Part shown: positions 36,598 through 48,900 of the stretch, in pieces
Layout: the number at the start of each line of letters is the position of its first letter
Position numbering within the stretch: the stretch's first letter is position 1
Assembly: GCF_028641065.1 (NCBI RefSeq)
Contig: NC_073409.1
Location: 7,998,001 to 8,062,000, forward strand
Length of the DNA stretch: 64,000 bases
Direction of reading: 5' to 3'
Source: Leucoraja erinacea
Lineage: Eukaryota
Notes under the pieces: model-generated
What the model was told of the DNA's origin: nothing
What the model saw: the letters and a program-made list of their open reading frames with translations, nothing else
Databases searched by the model: none
Translations under genes and position numbers: made by a program

Positions 36598-36711
36598 TCA
36601 ATGCTGGTAGATCACAAAGGAAAAGGCAGCAACAATCCCCGTGAAAGCAGCTATCTTGGCATATAAATGCGGATTCTTTTTCTGCTGGAAGTGGTCCACA
36701 AATCCTTTCTC
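36598..36711 (-). CDS. BCL2A1: Bcl-2-related protein A1, exon 2 (end of BH2 and C-terminal tail)
   Basis: Acceptor CTCTTCTAACAG, then EKGFVDHFQQKKNPHLYAKIAAFTGIVAAFSFVIYQH*. Joins exon 1 as NGGW|EKGF, matching A1-type GGWENGF. Too short to appear in the ORF track. Confidence 0.9.
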   Translation of the reverse strand, partial: EKGFVDHFQQKKNPHLYAKIAAFTGIVAAFSFVIYQH

Positions 36712-39201
36712 CTGTTAGAAGAGTACATTTAACATCAGTAAATGTAAAGTATTTCTGCACATTACTTTAAACATGGGGTCAGTTTTACAGTTTGTGTTAT
36801 AGTTTACCATAATAAATGTTGGGGGCATCTTGTATCCCCTCACATCAGCCCCAATTAATACATCCAAATAAAGACTCCAGCAGATATGTCAAACTCAATT
36901 TTGAACATTTACCAAACTTTTACCTGTTTAATCAAATTGTGACCCAACTTGCCCACACTGGACAACATGTCTCAGCTACACTAGTCCCACCTGCCTGCAT
37001 TTTGTCCATATCACTCCAAACTTGTCCTATCCATGTACCTGCCAAACTGTTTCTTAAACGTTGGGATAGTCCCAGCCTCAACTACCTCATCTGGCAGCTT
37101 GTTCCATACACTAACCACCCTTCATGTGAAAAAGTTACCCCTCAGATTCCTTTTAAATCTTTTCCTGCTAGGAAGTCTTTGATAATGCAACTCCCCATCT
37201 TTAAGGGTCACACTAATTTGCCAACAGTTCAATGTTTTCTTTCTTCCACCTTATCTTCCCCTCTCATCCTCATTCTGTCTTTTCCAATAACCTTTGACGA
37301 CCTTACTGAGCAATAACCTGCCAATCGCTGCCCAAAAAATACCCAATGGCCTCCACTGTCATCTGTGACAATGAATTCCACAGACTCGCCAACCTCTGGC
37401 TAAAAATTCTTCCTCATAAAATAATTGTAAATAAATTCTTCCTCATCTCTATTTAAAAGGTACGACCTTTTTTTCTGAAGCCGTGTCCTCTGGTCCCACT
37501 ACTGGAAAGATATTATCAGAGAAAGATATAACAGAGTTTTGTAGAGGTGGAGTGAAATGTTTAGGTCATCCAGCTGACTGATGTACAGATAATCCAGCAA
37601 CATGGGATTGTGCTGTTGCCACCCAGGTTCAACTAACAGACCCACACCAGGGCACGAGTAAGAATAGGAACTCGGAATTACAACTTACAATGCATTTCGT
37701 TGTCTCTGTACTGTACATGACAATACAACTGAATCTGAATCTAACCTCCTCGCTCTTCCTTGTTAGTTAGCAATGCGTTTTTGACACCAACACACACATT
37801 AGTGTCCTGTTTGTTAAATTTTACATTTGATAGACATTCTCCTTCATATAAGCTTTATCATGATAAATTTATCTTGGTGTTAAAAAAAAATTCAAAATAT
37901 GTAGAGAGTACACATCTGCCTTCTACAAATTGCCTATGCACCAAAATTAATAAAGTTCCCTTTATAAACAGATTTATTTTTGGACACAGTAAAAAATACC
38001 AATATATTTAAGTCCACAGATATGTCTGCTCATCCTTATTTGCTATTAAAATAAATAGGTAAATTGATAAATAAATAGCAGACAAATTGACCTTCACTGT
38101 TTCTATGTTACCACAAGGAAGCTTGTTATAAGGGCACTGGGATGGGAACGGTTAGCAGGTGGCTCTGCCACACACAGAACCAGGAAATGAAGAGACACTG
38201 GCTCCTTTCAGCTGTTGATTGGCATTTGAGCTGATGGATTATAGAATTTCTTCACAGGGACTGGTGAGATTTGACACCTAGTGGTCTCTCAGGCCAAGTC
38301 CAGCCCATGGCACCAGGCCAAAGCAAAACCATTGCAGCCAAGACCTTCAGCAAGAGATGTATAGTCAGTAAATGAGCCTAAGGTTAAACCCAATGGAAGA
38401 GAAAAATCAATATGTCAAGCATGTAATCGATGTTGGAAAGATCTAGTAAGTTTGGATTTGCAATAGCATGTTTGATTACAGTGTTGGACTAGTTGAGTGA
38501 AGGCCAGATGATGTATAATAACATTGGATCAGGCATCACCTAGGCCTAGTTTTTTTTTTGTTACTAAAACATCGGTAGAACTGGTCCTACAATTAATGCA
38601 GAGCAGCTGTGAGGCCGATGCTGGAATCAAAGTTAAGACACAAAGTGCTGGAGCAACTCAGTGATTCAGGCAGCATCTCTTGAGAAAAAGGACATGTGAC
38701 GTTTTGGATAGGAACCCTTCTTCAGAATCGGAATTTAAGTATCGAGTTTTGGCAGATGATAAAAAAAATTGTGTTGATTTTCCTCTGAAAGCAGACACAA
38801 GAGAGGGGGGGGGGGGTTCATACAGGTGAGCAAGGTATTAAATGGCAACGTAGTGAGGTCAGAAAAATATTTCAAGGGAAAACATAATATGAAAATGAAT
38901 ACGTGGAAAACAGGATATCTGGAAAAATGCTTTTCATAGAGTGATTAATGTGAAATGATGAATCCAATACAAAAGAAAGTCCTAGTCAATCAAGATCTAA
39001 AGAGTAGATAAGATAAAGTGGGCACGTTTGTTGGGGGGTGACAAGTTGCCTGTCCCTTTACCATTATTGGACCGAAGGCCCTGTTTCCATGCTGGGCGAG
39101 TCCATGACTCTAAAATACAACCCTCCACCAAACATTTAAACTGAAATGACGACGCGTGAGCGGGCGCACTGGTTCAAAGTCGATCAAAATCTTCCCCTTA
39201 C

Positions 39202-39645
39202 CCAGCCTCCATTCTCCTTGATCCACGCAGCTTTGTGAGTCCAAGTGTATTGGGCGACACACTGAGCTACCTCTTCTATCACCTCTCGCTCCGGAACGCC
39301 CTTCTCTATCAAGTGCCTGACCAGGGCCGCACAGAAAGTGTACAAAGTTACAATCCTGCCCCAGTTATCAATCCCGTCCGAGTAGATCTCTCTCATTAAG
39401 TCGGGGAGCACTCGTTTCGTCTCTTCCGCGGACCCCAGGTTTAATTTGTCGACGCAGCGCTGTAATTCCTGGCCGTCTGCGAGCAATGAGGAGCCGGAGC
39501 GGCGCAGAGTTTCAGCCGCTGTGTTGGCCGCCGGCTGCGACTCCGAGCCGTCTAGCACAAAGCGGAAATAATCCTTCGCCAGTAAGTAGCAGAACCCCTC
39601 GGAGTTTGGATGTTCGCAGCCCATAATCTTTTCAGGCGCTTGCAT
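39202..39645 (-). CDS. BCL2A1: Bcl-2-related protein A1, exon 1 (start at 39645 or the stronger-Kozak ATG at 39624)
   Basis: LAKDYFRFVL (helix 1), BH1 DGIDNWGRIVTLYTF, BH2 WIKENGGW, then the family-conserved phase-0 donor TGG|GTAAGG. Position and orientation between MTHFS and ZFAND6 match mammals. Confidence 0.92.
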
Positions 39646-39681
39646 CTCAGACAACAGTGACGACCCAAGCATCACATCACC

Positions 39682-39785
39682 ATATTTATTCTCTGCTCAC
39701 GACCGCGTTAGGGTTTCCCCGTTGCTTACGCACTGACGTTGCGGGCAAACCAATTTCCCACTTCGAGTGAAAGGGGAAATGACAC
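39682..39785 (-). promoter_or_regulatory. BCL2A1 proximal promoter: TATA-like box, NF-kappaB site(s), CRE half-site
   Basis: Minus strand AATAAATA at ~39683-39690 and GGGGAAACCC at 39711-39720; TGACG at 39734-39738; weaker kappaB-like GGGAAATTGG (~39750-39759) and GGGGAAATGA (39773-39782). Confidence 0.6.
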
Positions 39786-40099
39786 AGAAGTAATGTCGTT
39801 TCGTAATGTCGCATTACGTTTCCATGTGACCATGTCTATATCAGTAGTACCAATCCTGTAGACATTCCACTTCTTAAATAACTTGCAAAGAAAGGGACTA
39901 TAATTCTCAATGCCAGAGCCTCCCAAGGCTTTACCAACGACTCACTTTAAGAACAGTCACGTTTATGTTGCAGAGAAAGAGGTGGTCAAAGTGAGCATAG
40001 CACGTCCCACGACAGTCATCACTGGGTCATCTGTTTCGGTGAAACCGACTAAGTGGCCACACCAGCACTTTCCCATTCTTTCTCAGTTCCACTTGACTG

Positions 40100-41002
40100 C
40101 ATTTCTGTCGAGTTTGCCAAGACCATCTCTTATCTGCCTGCACATAATCCATATCCCTCCATTCCTTACATATCCATGTGCCCATCCAAATGTCTCGTAA
40201 ATGCCACTATTGTATCTACTTCCACCACCACCCTTAGCAACATGTTCCAGGTACTCACCAACCTCTGTGTAAAAAATCTTGCCCCACATATCTCATTAAA
40301 ATTTTCTCCTCTCATCTTAAAGCTATGCCCTATAGATTTTGATATTTCGATCCTGGGAAAAATGTTCTGACTGTCTACCCTATCAATACTTAATATAAAT
40401 TTTAATCCTTCTACCAGGTCTCATCTTTGGTGTTCTATAGAAAACAATCCAAGTTTGTCTAACTTCCCCCTGTAGCAAATACTTACTCATCCAGGCATCA
40501 TTCTGGTAAACCTCCTCTGCACCATTTCAAAATACACCACATCCTGTCTCTGGGGCAACTAGAACTACGTGCAATACTACTACATATACGGCCTAACCAG
40601 AGTCCAATAAAGATGTATCATGACTTCCTGTCTCATACTCAATGCCCAACATATGAAAACAAGCATACCATATGTACTCTTTACCACTACTAGTGTTTCC
40701 GCTTTCAGGGAGTTATGGGCTTGGACTCCAAGACCCCTCTATACATCAATGCTGGTATGGGTCTTGCCGTTAATTGTATATTTTGGGAGATTGAATTCAA
40801 CATTCAACCTCCCAAAATTCAACACCTCATACTTGCTCGAATTCTCTGCCAGTTATCTGCACATTTCTGTTGCCAATCTATTATCTTGCTATATACTTTG
40901 ACAGCCTACCTCACAGTCCACGACCCTAGCAATCTTGGTGTCATCTTCAAACTTACCAACCAACCGGTCTATGTTTACGACCAAGACATTTATATATATA
41001 TA
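40100..41002 (-). mobile_element. Degenerate CR1 LINE, continuing beyond the Helitron at ~42754-42810
   Basis: CR1 3'-region sequence (TAGGGTAGACAGTCAGAACATTTTTCCCAGG, GGTGCAGAGGAGGTTTACCAGAATG on the minus strand); resumes with GATCCCTGTGGAACTCCACTG. Confidence 0.75.
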
Positions 41003-41084
41003 CCAGACCAAGTGCAGACCCGCTGGGTCTGTTCCCCCAACGTGCGGTTGTGGGAGGAGAGGCGGCATGCAGCACTCGCGCTAA

Positions 41085-41094
41085 TGGAGGGGAG

Positions 41095-41129
<35 letters not shown>

Positions 41130-42287
41130 GGGAGAGAGGGGGGAGGAGAGGAGGAGAGAGGGGGAGGAGAGAGGGGGGGGAGAGAGGGGGGAGAAGAGAG
41201 AGGGGGAGTGCTGAGAGGGGGGGTGAGATGAGTGGCGGGGAGAGGTGGGGAGCAGGGAGGGGGGTAGGGGTGTGTGGAGGGGAGGGGGGTTTTAGGGGGG
41301 GGATGGGGAGGAGAGGGGAGGGGGATAGGAGAGGGGGGATAGGAGAGGGGGAAGGAGGAGAGGGGGAGAGGAGGAGGAGGGAGGGGGGGAAAGAGGAGAG
41401 GGGGGAAGAGGAGAGGGGGAAGAGGAGAGGGGGAGGAGGAGAGGGGGGAGAGGAGAGGGGGGAGAGGAGAGGGGGGAGAGGAGAGGGGGAGAGGGGGGGG
41501 AGAGGAGAGGGGGGGAGAGGGGGAGGGGGGAGGGGGAGAGGAGAGGGGAGGAGAGGGGAGGAAAGGGGGAGAGGAGNNNNNNNNNNNNNNNNNNNNNNNN
41601 NNNNNNNNNNNNNNNNNNNNNNNNNNNNNNNNNNNNNNNNNNNNNNNNNNNNNNNNNNNNNNNNNNNNNNNNNNNNNNNNNNNNNNNNNNNNNNNNNNNN
41701 NNNNNNNNNNNNGGGAGGAGGGGAGGGGAGAGGGGAGTAGGGAGAGGAGGAGAGGAGAGGAGGGGAGGAGATGAGAGGAAGGGGGGGGGGAGAGGAGAGG
41801 GAGGGGGGAGGAGAGGAGGGGGGGGAGGGAGGGGGGAGAGGAGAGGGAGGGGGGAGAGGAGAGGAGGGAGAGGGAGAGGAGAGGAAGGAGGAGGAGGAGA
41901 GGAGGGGGGAGAGGAGAGGAGGGGGGAGAGGGAGAGGGAGGAGGAGAGGAGGAAGGGGAGAGGGGGGGAGAGGAGAGGAGGGAGAGGGGGAGAGGAGAAA
42001 GGAGGGGGGAGGAGGAGGAGAGAGGAGGAGAGGGGGGAGAGGAGGAGGAGGGGGGGGAGAGAGAGGAGGAGAGGGGGGGGAGAGAGGAGGAGAGGGGGGA
42101 GAGGGGGAGGAGGAGAGGGGGGGGAGAGGAGGAGGGGGGGGGGGGGAGAGGGAGGGAGGGGGAGGGGGGGGGAGAGGAGGAGAGGGGGGGAGAGGAGGAG
42201 AGGGGGGGGGGGAGAGCGAGGAGAGGGGGAGAGAGGGAGAGAGCAGGAGGGGGGGAGCGAGAGGGAGTGGGCGAAAGAGGGGGGGAG

Positions 42288-42322
<35 letters not shown>

Positions 42323-42330
42323 GGGAGAGA
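41085..42330. repeat. Polypurine (GA-rich) low-complexity tract spanning an assembly gap
   Basis: Nearly pure G/A on the plus strand; quasi-repeats GGAGAGGAGGAGAGGGGG. Confidence 0.95.
41577..41712. other. Assembly gap (136 N)
   Basis: Run of N. Confidence 1.
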
Positions 42331-43981
42331 GTGCCTTTTTACTTCAACCCAAACCCAAACAACCATTTGCAGGCAGTGCTTTTTTACCTCTGACCATATT
42401 TTCATTTTCAAACCAAATTAAGGATACTCACAGTGCTGTAGATATTTGTCAGTGTCATTCAAAGCTCTGATTAAGGCACACCACTTGCAGAGACTGATTG
42501 AGGCACACCACTTCCTGGTTTTATAGTCCCTCCCCCTCCCTCCAGCAGGGGCAGCAGAGAGAATGGGGAATGTTGTAAAAACATTAATATCTCTGTCAGT
42601 TTTCATCGACGGGAAAAATCCTTGGCACACATGCGGCAGAGGGGGGCTCTGAGCGAGGTGGCCAAAAATAACGGGCGTAGGTGGCGGCGTACTCTCGGAA
42701 ACCGCAGCACAGAGAGCCAAAACCGGTCAAGAACGTAGTTTTAGTAATATAGATATATATCACAAGATCCCTGTGGAACTCCACTGCTCACAGACCTCCA
42801 GCCTGAATATTGTCAGTGACAGTGACATTCATATAACTGGTGTGAACTGCACTGAGATATTTTAGGAGTGTAAAAGGCACAAAAAGAAATGTTTTTACTT
42901 CAAAGCCACCTTGGCTGGCCATTTCCTGTTTCCTATTATATCTGATCTAGCAACTTTCCTAATCGGTTCAAGTAGAATCAATGTACAGTTCTTTAGAGAA
43001 ATACTTTATGGAAACAAGCCAAGTTGATATACAAAAATATGAATTATTTTCCAATTTCTTGGCACCAATACACCATGACATCAATACAAAGGTCATAACC
43101 CACACTTCTGATATCGTTAAAATACCCCAACCACATGCATCACAACCTTTTACTGAAACGTGATATTTTCGCTGCAAGTGAGATTAAAATAGCTAATCGC
43201 TGAAACAATCGGAAAGTCTTGTCACCAATTAAATTAAAAAACAAAAACCTATGAAATGGTTCATCTTCCTTGTATTCTGGGCATGCACTGTGGCGCTTTC
43301 ATACAATGAGGCTGAGAACAGACAGTATGCATTAAAATGCAGAGTGAAATCTGTTACTCAAGATACAACATCTCTACACTGTGCTCTAAGATGCCACAAA
43401 CCTGTGCCAAGATGATGCTGGAACTATCTGAACATCCCATCACTATCCCAAAAAACCAACCATATCTTAAGAATTTAAATATATGTGTAAATACAGAAAT
43501 TACAAAGTTGCCAAAGATTCATTATAAGTCTGCTGTCTGCAGATTTATACTAGACTTGTTATAGAAACCAGCCAGGGAGTGAAGTTGAGATAAACTCAAC
43601 AAAAATTTGTCACAGAAGCATAAATAACTCTATGACTCAATTGTGTGTCATGTACAAGGTGTAAGTGGAAAAGCAGCTGACATATAAAATAATGTGACAA
43701 TTAAAAAAGACAATCAAATAATTGATTATTTCAACCCTTAAATCTTCCCAATGTAGTTTAAAGGTGATTGCAGGTGGGTTGAGTTTGTTTGCTTTTGAAA
43801 TTAATATATTTAGAAAAATTTCAGCACTGAAGTCCGGGATTGTGGCTTTAGGTGAATCTGTCTTTGACCATGTAACCTGAAGTTCCTTTTATACCATCAG
43901 TTACTTATCAATCGGATAGTTTTGCCATCAAGTATCATTGCAGCATGTTGTGCGTTCCCCAATGAAACATTTTGAAAGCTA

Positions 43982-44548
43982 TCAAGTCAAGTCAAGTCAA
44001 CTTTATTTGTTACATACACATACAAGATGTGCAGTGAAATGAAAGTAGCAATGCCTGCGGATTATGCAAAAAACTACAGAACAGAATCAATATTTACATA
44101 TTAGCAAAAAACCCAGCAATTTTAAAAAGACACAACATATTAGTATAGTAAATTAGTCCCTGGTGAGATAAGAGTTTGCAATCATGATGGCCTGTGGGAA
44201 GAAACTCCGTCTCATCCTCTCTGTTTTCACAGCATGACAGCGGAGGCATTTGCCTGACCATAGCAGCTGGAACAGTCCGTTATTGGGGTGCTAGGGGATC
44301 TTCATGATCTTGCTGGCTCTGGATCTGCACCTCCTGGTGTATAGGTCCCAGCAGGGGGGTGATTATAGTTCCCAAGGTGTGTTCTGCTGAATGCACTACT
44401 CTCTGCAGAGTCTTTTTGGCCTGGGCAGAGCAGATCCCAAACCTGATTGTGATGTTGCTGGACAAGATGCTTTCTACAGCACCAGAGTAGAAGCACTGAA
44501 GGATCCTCAGAGAGACTCTGAATTTCCTCAGCTGCCTGAGGTGGTATG
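43982..44548 (-). mobile_element. Rex1/Babar-like LINE 3' fragment with a (TTGAC)n tail
   Basis: YHLRQLRKFRVSLRILQCFYSGAVESILSSNITIRFG...LQRVVHSAE peptide; (TCAAG)n at 43982-44000. Confidence 0.8.
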
Positions 44549-47500
44549 CGTCTTTCTTTACAAAACATAAGAAATGAACATAGAATAGGCCATTCAATGT
44601 AATCATCACTGAACTAACATTTCTTCTTCAGTCCATAATCCTGCATTTCTCCATGACCATTGATTTTTTTTACAAATTAGAAATTTATCTTTCTCGGCTT
44701 TAAAAGTGCACAAAGACTCTGTTTCCACGCCTCTCTGTGTTGAGAAGTTCAAAAGATAATTCATCCCTCAAGAGAAGAAATCCTTCCACAGCTCAGTATT
44801 AAATGGCCACACCTTTACTCTAAAACTAGGTTCTCCGGTTCTGGACATTCCGTTTAAAGGAAACTTCCCCACAGCATTTATTCTCTCTACCAACCCTCCC
44901 CCACTCCCTCTCCCCCCAAGAGACTTATTAATTCAGTAAAATCACCTCTATAAACTCCACTGAGTATCAACTTGTTTGAATTTTCTTTATAGACCTCCAC
45001 ACTCAGATCACCAAAGTGAACTTTCTCTTAAATGTCCCTATTGGCATAATTTCTGTCTTTAAGAAGGAGTAAAACAATTGTTTGCAGTACTGCAGATGAC
45101 ATCTCACTGGAGCCTTGTACATTTGCAGAGAGAATTCCTTACTTTAATACTCTAACCCCATTGGGATGAAGGGCCAACGTGGGAAACAGCTGAGGGATTT
45201 ACAAACTGTAAATGGTCTGTAAAGAAAGACACGGTTAGCTTTCATAACATTCCTTTGGGGAATGCTGGAATGATACTTGGTGACAATACTTACCTAGTGA
45301 TAAATGATTGATGGTATAAAAGGAACTTCTGCTGGCTGGGCCTGGGGTACTGCCTACAGAGCCTCCTGCGTGATTTTGAGGTTGGAATGATTGATCACCA
45401 ACAAACACAAGCATCTTCCTTTGTCTGCCTACATTGATTACTTTTAATGCACAAGGTCGCTGCTGATCTTCATTGGATATTACAAATTACATCTTTAGTT
45501 TCATTACACTTCTTTAAAGTTTCTCCCCAGTCCCTGAATACCGCTGCCTTACTGGCAGTTGAGAAATTGTTCATACTTCCCAGCAGAGATTCATTAATTT
45601 CTATTTTGTCTCGATATGTTCTGAATATATTTTTGAATTTACCAGATACTAACAAGTTGCTTCCCCACCTCCTCCTTCCTGCGGGGTTTTTGAAGCTGAT
45701 TTCCCTTTTTTGTTTCACTTCCAATTTTCTCAATGAACCATGCAAATATTGCTATTTAAATTTGAGGTACAGGCGTGTGATGTAATTTCTTGTTTCATAA
45801 GTTCACAAGTTATAGGAACAGAACTAGGCCAGTCGGCCCATCAAGTTTACTCCGCCATTCAATCATGGCTGATCTATCTTTCCCTCTCAACCCCATTCTC
45901 CTGCCTTCTCCCCATAACCCCTGACACCCGTATTCTCTGTATCCACAATGTTCTTGCTGACACAATGTGTCATGAAGATGTGATTATTTCAATGACTAAT
46001 TCTGACTCAATTATATCCTAATTTATAGCAGATTTATTGAGATGCCCCTTCAATGGAGCTGGTATTCAAACTTGTGTACTTACCCATCTTCTCAAATAAT
46101 TCATGTTCATAGGTTCTAGGAGCAGAATTAAGCCATTCGGACCCTCCTGTATTAAAACCCTCCTGGCTAGTCTATGCATGCTTCATGCCATTATTCCTTT
46201 CTACAGGATGAACTACCTTAACTTCACTTCTATCTCACTTTAACTTTAACAAACTTGCAGAATGACAACAAGCTTTAAGAGGTTGTACTTTCGGGATGAA
46301 GATAATGACTAAATGCGAAATTCGCTAAAACAAACTATGGACACACCAATGCCGTTTAAGAAAATCACAAAACGCATCTAATGTTCGTAATGAAATATTA
46401 TATTAATAAAATGTCTGAAGAAGGGTCCAGTTTAGTTTAGAGATACAGTGCCGAATCAGGACCTTCGGCCCACCGAGTCAGCACTAACCAGCAATCCCAG
46501 CAAATTAACACTATCCTACAAACACTGGGGATAATTTACACTTATACCAAGCCAATTAACCTACAAACCTGTACGTCTTTGTAGTGTGGGATAAAACTGA
46601 AGATCTCAGAGAAAATCTACGTGGTCACGGGGAAAACGTACAAACTCTATACAGACAGCATCCGTAGGGACCGAACCCAGGTCCCTGGCACTGCAAGCGC
46701 TGTAAGGCAGCAACTCTACCACGGCACCACCCTGCCTCTTTCGAGTCCCGAAAAGTCACCTATACATTTTCTCCAGAGATGCTGCTGGGCTCACTGCGTT
46801 ACTCCAGCATTTTGTGTCTATCTTTCTATATTTAATACTTGGATCCATTGTGAGAAGGATAGATTTGAATATGCATAGAAATGTAATTAGACCATATTTG
46901 GGATAATTTGAACAGCCATAGTCTCCATATTATACAATGAAGAGACAGCAAATAATTACATGTATGACATCTAGAATTTAGACACTATAACTAACAGGAA
47001 AAATGTAATAACTTCCAAGGCTTGGATTATATCCTCTAGAAAAATGACAGAGGCATCCTAATGAACAATGTTAAAATTGTAGTGGATTCATAAAGATGAT
47101 ATTTGTTACTCTTGTGTGGAGCGTCAAAACTAAGTGCCACAAATAAGATGAGAATTGAGGAGAAACTGCATCACACACACATTGGTGGGAATGTGGAACA
47201 TAATATCACAAGTAGTTGACGTGAATAGCATAGAAGAAGTTAAGGGAAAGGTGGTTAAACACACAAGGGAGGAAGGAATAGTAGGAAGTGCTGACAAAGT
47301 GTAGTACGTGTTACTGTGGCCTAAACTTTACGTAATTCTATGTAAAAGTGTTTCCCCTTTTTCTCAATTAAATGAATTATAATTTTCTCAATGAGAATGG
47401 AAATGTTATAATCTGGGTTTTTTTAACCATTCTTTCCAGAAGTGAAAAAAGACTTGCCTCCGCATAGATGTTTTCACATCCCTAGGGCAGCCTAAAGAAG

Positions 47501-48339
47501 TCTACAGATAATGAATGATGTGAGGTCATGTTTGCAATCTAATGGTTTATTATTGTCAGATCGACCAAGGTACTATGAATAGCTTTTGTTTGCTTGCTAT
47601 CTTGCTTACTGCACATGAGTACAATCAAGCCATGTGTGGAAACAAATGTGAGGAAACATGCAGCCATGTTGTGCACTGAATAATCCCATAAATCATCTGA
47701 ATACTGCTGCCTATTTAGTGGTGTGGGTTGAGAGGCAATTATTTACCAGGAAATTGGGGAAATCTTCCATCTTCTTTTCCAAATGGATCCATAGGTTCCA
47801 TTTCTTTGGCAGTGGAGCACACACTACAAACCACATACAATTATCAGCTTATGAGTTTGGTTGGAAGTCCATGAGCCTTGAGCTGGCAATTTGGTTATGA
47901 GAGCATAACGCTCCTGATAATGGGTGACATCATGGAAAAAGGGGAGAAGGACCCCAGAATCGGTAGCTTTTGTTGGCTTGGTGCCAATATTTGATTCTAG
48001 GCATCATAATGGATTGTGGAAAAATCTTCTTAAATACAAATATTCTCGCAAACGTTTGAAAATCATTTGCCAATCATAATGTTCATGCGATGAATTGAGT
48101 CAAAAATCATGCAATGAGTTGAGTCATAGGTCACTTTGATTCCTGCAGAGAATTGGACAACCCCTGAGGGTTCACAATCTAATTTATCACCAAGTTCTAG
48201 CTATTTGATCGAATTGGTATTGTTATTGGGATGGTTAGTGCAAAAAGAGGATGAAAAACATTTTGGACATTACACTATTAAATATGTTAGCTTAAAAATA
48301 GTGAGAGCTCACCACAGAGAATGAAGAATGAATATAGAC

Positions 48340-48900
48340 AATGAGGCTCAACAAGACGAGTTTGATGCTGGTACGACTTGAGTGGGGGAGGGACGGAGAG
48401 AGAGGAATGCAAGGGTTACTAGAAGTTAGAGAAATGCTAGTTGATGGTTTATCTTCGGCTGCAAGCCGGTGGTGTGACTGATAGTAGACGCAAAATGCTG
48501 GAGTAACACAGCAGGACAGGCAGCATATCTGGAGAGTGGGAGTGGGTGAAAGAAGTGCAGATGCTGGTTGATGGTGTAAGTCACACCAGGCACAAAATGT
48601 TGCAGTAAATCAGCGGGCCAGGCAGCATCTATGGAAAGCGGGAATAGATGAACAGGTGCAGATTCTGGTTTAAACCATGGATCGACACAAAATGCTGGAG
48701 TAACTCAGCGGGACATGAAGCATCTCGAGAGAGAGGGAATGGGTGAAGAAGCAACTGCAGACGAAATGTGTAGGAAGGAACTGCAGATGCTGGTTTAAAC
48801 CGAAGGCACAACATGTTGCAGTAACTCAACGGGCCAGGCAGCATCTCTGGAGGATGATGGGTGATTGAAGGGGCAGCAGATGAAGGTTGATGTTTGCAGA
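48340..48900. repeat. Tandem array of ~4 degenerate ~100-120-bp Penelope-tail units abutting the ZFAND6 CpG island
   Basis: Recurrent AAAATG(C/T)TG(G/C)AGTAA..CAGCGGG..GGCAGCATCT..GCAGATGCTGGTT at about 48490, 48595, 48690 and 48810. Confidence 0.75.

Larger units (their letters stand above)
41003..42753 (-). mobile_element. Non-autonomous Helitron
   Basis: The minus strand starts A|TCTATATTACTAAAA and ends with hairpin CAGACCC-AGC-GGGTCTG (41015-41031), 12 nt before the end at CTGG|T (CTRR). Inserted at an AT dinucleotide within a (TA)n run of a CR1 LINE. Confidence 0.82.

Noticed and set aside
39184-39675. Calling the Bcl-2 gene MCL1, or using the ORF-track ends
   Set aside because: No long PEST N-terminus, only two coding exons, A1-type DGIxNWGR and GGWExGF motifs, and synteny all favour BCL2A1. 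The ORF's GTG start and VRGRF end lie outside the spliced CDS.
40715-42421. Long Pro-rich and Gly/Glu/Arg-rich ORFs (up to 473 aa)
   Set aside because: Translations of the polypurine tract; two of them also run through the N gap.
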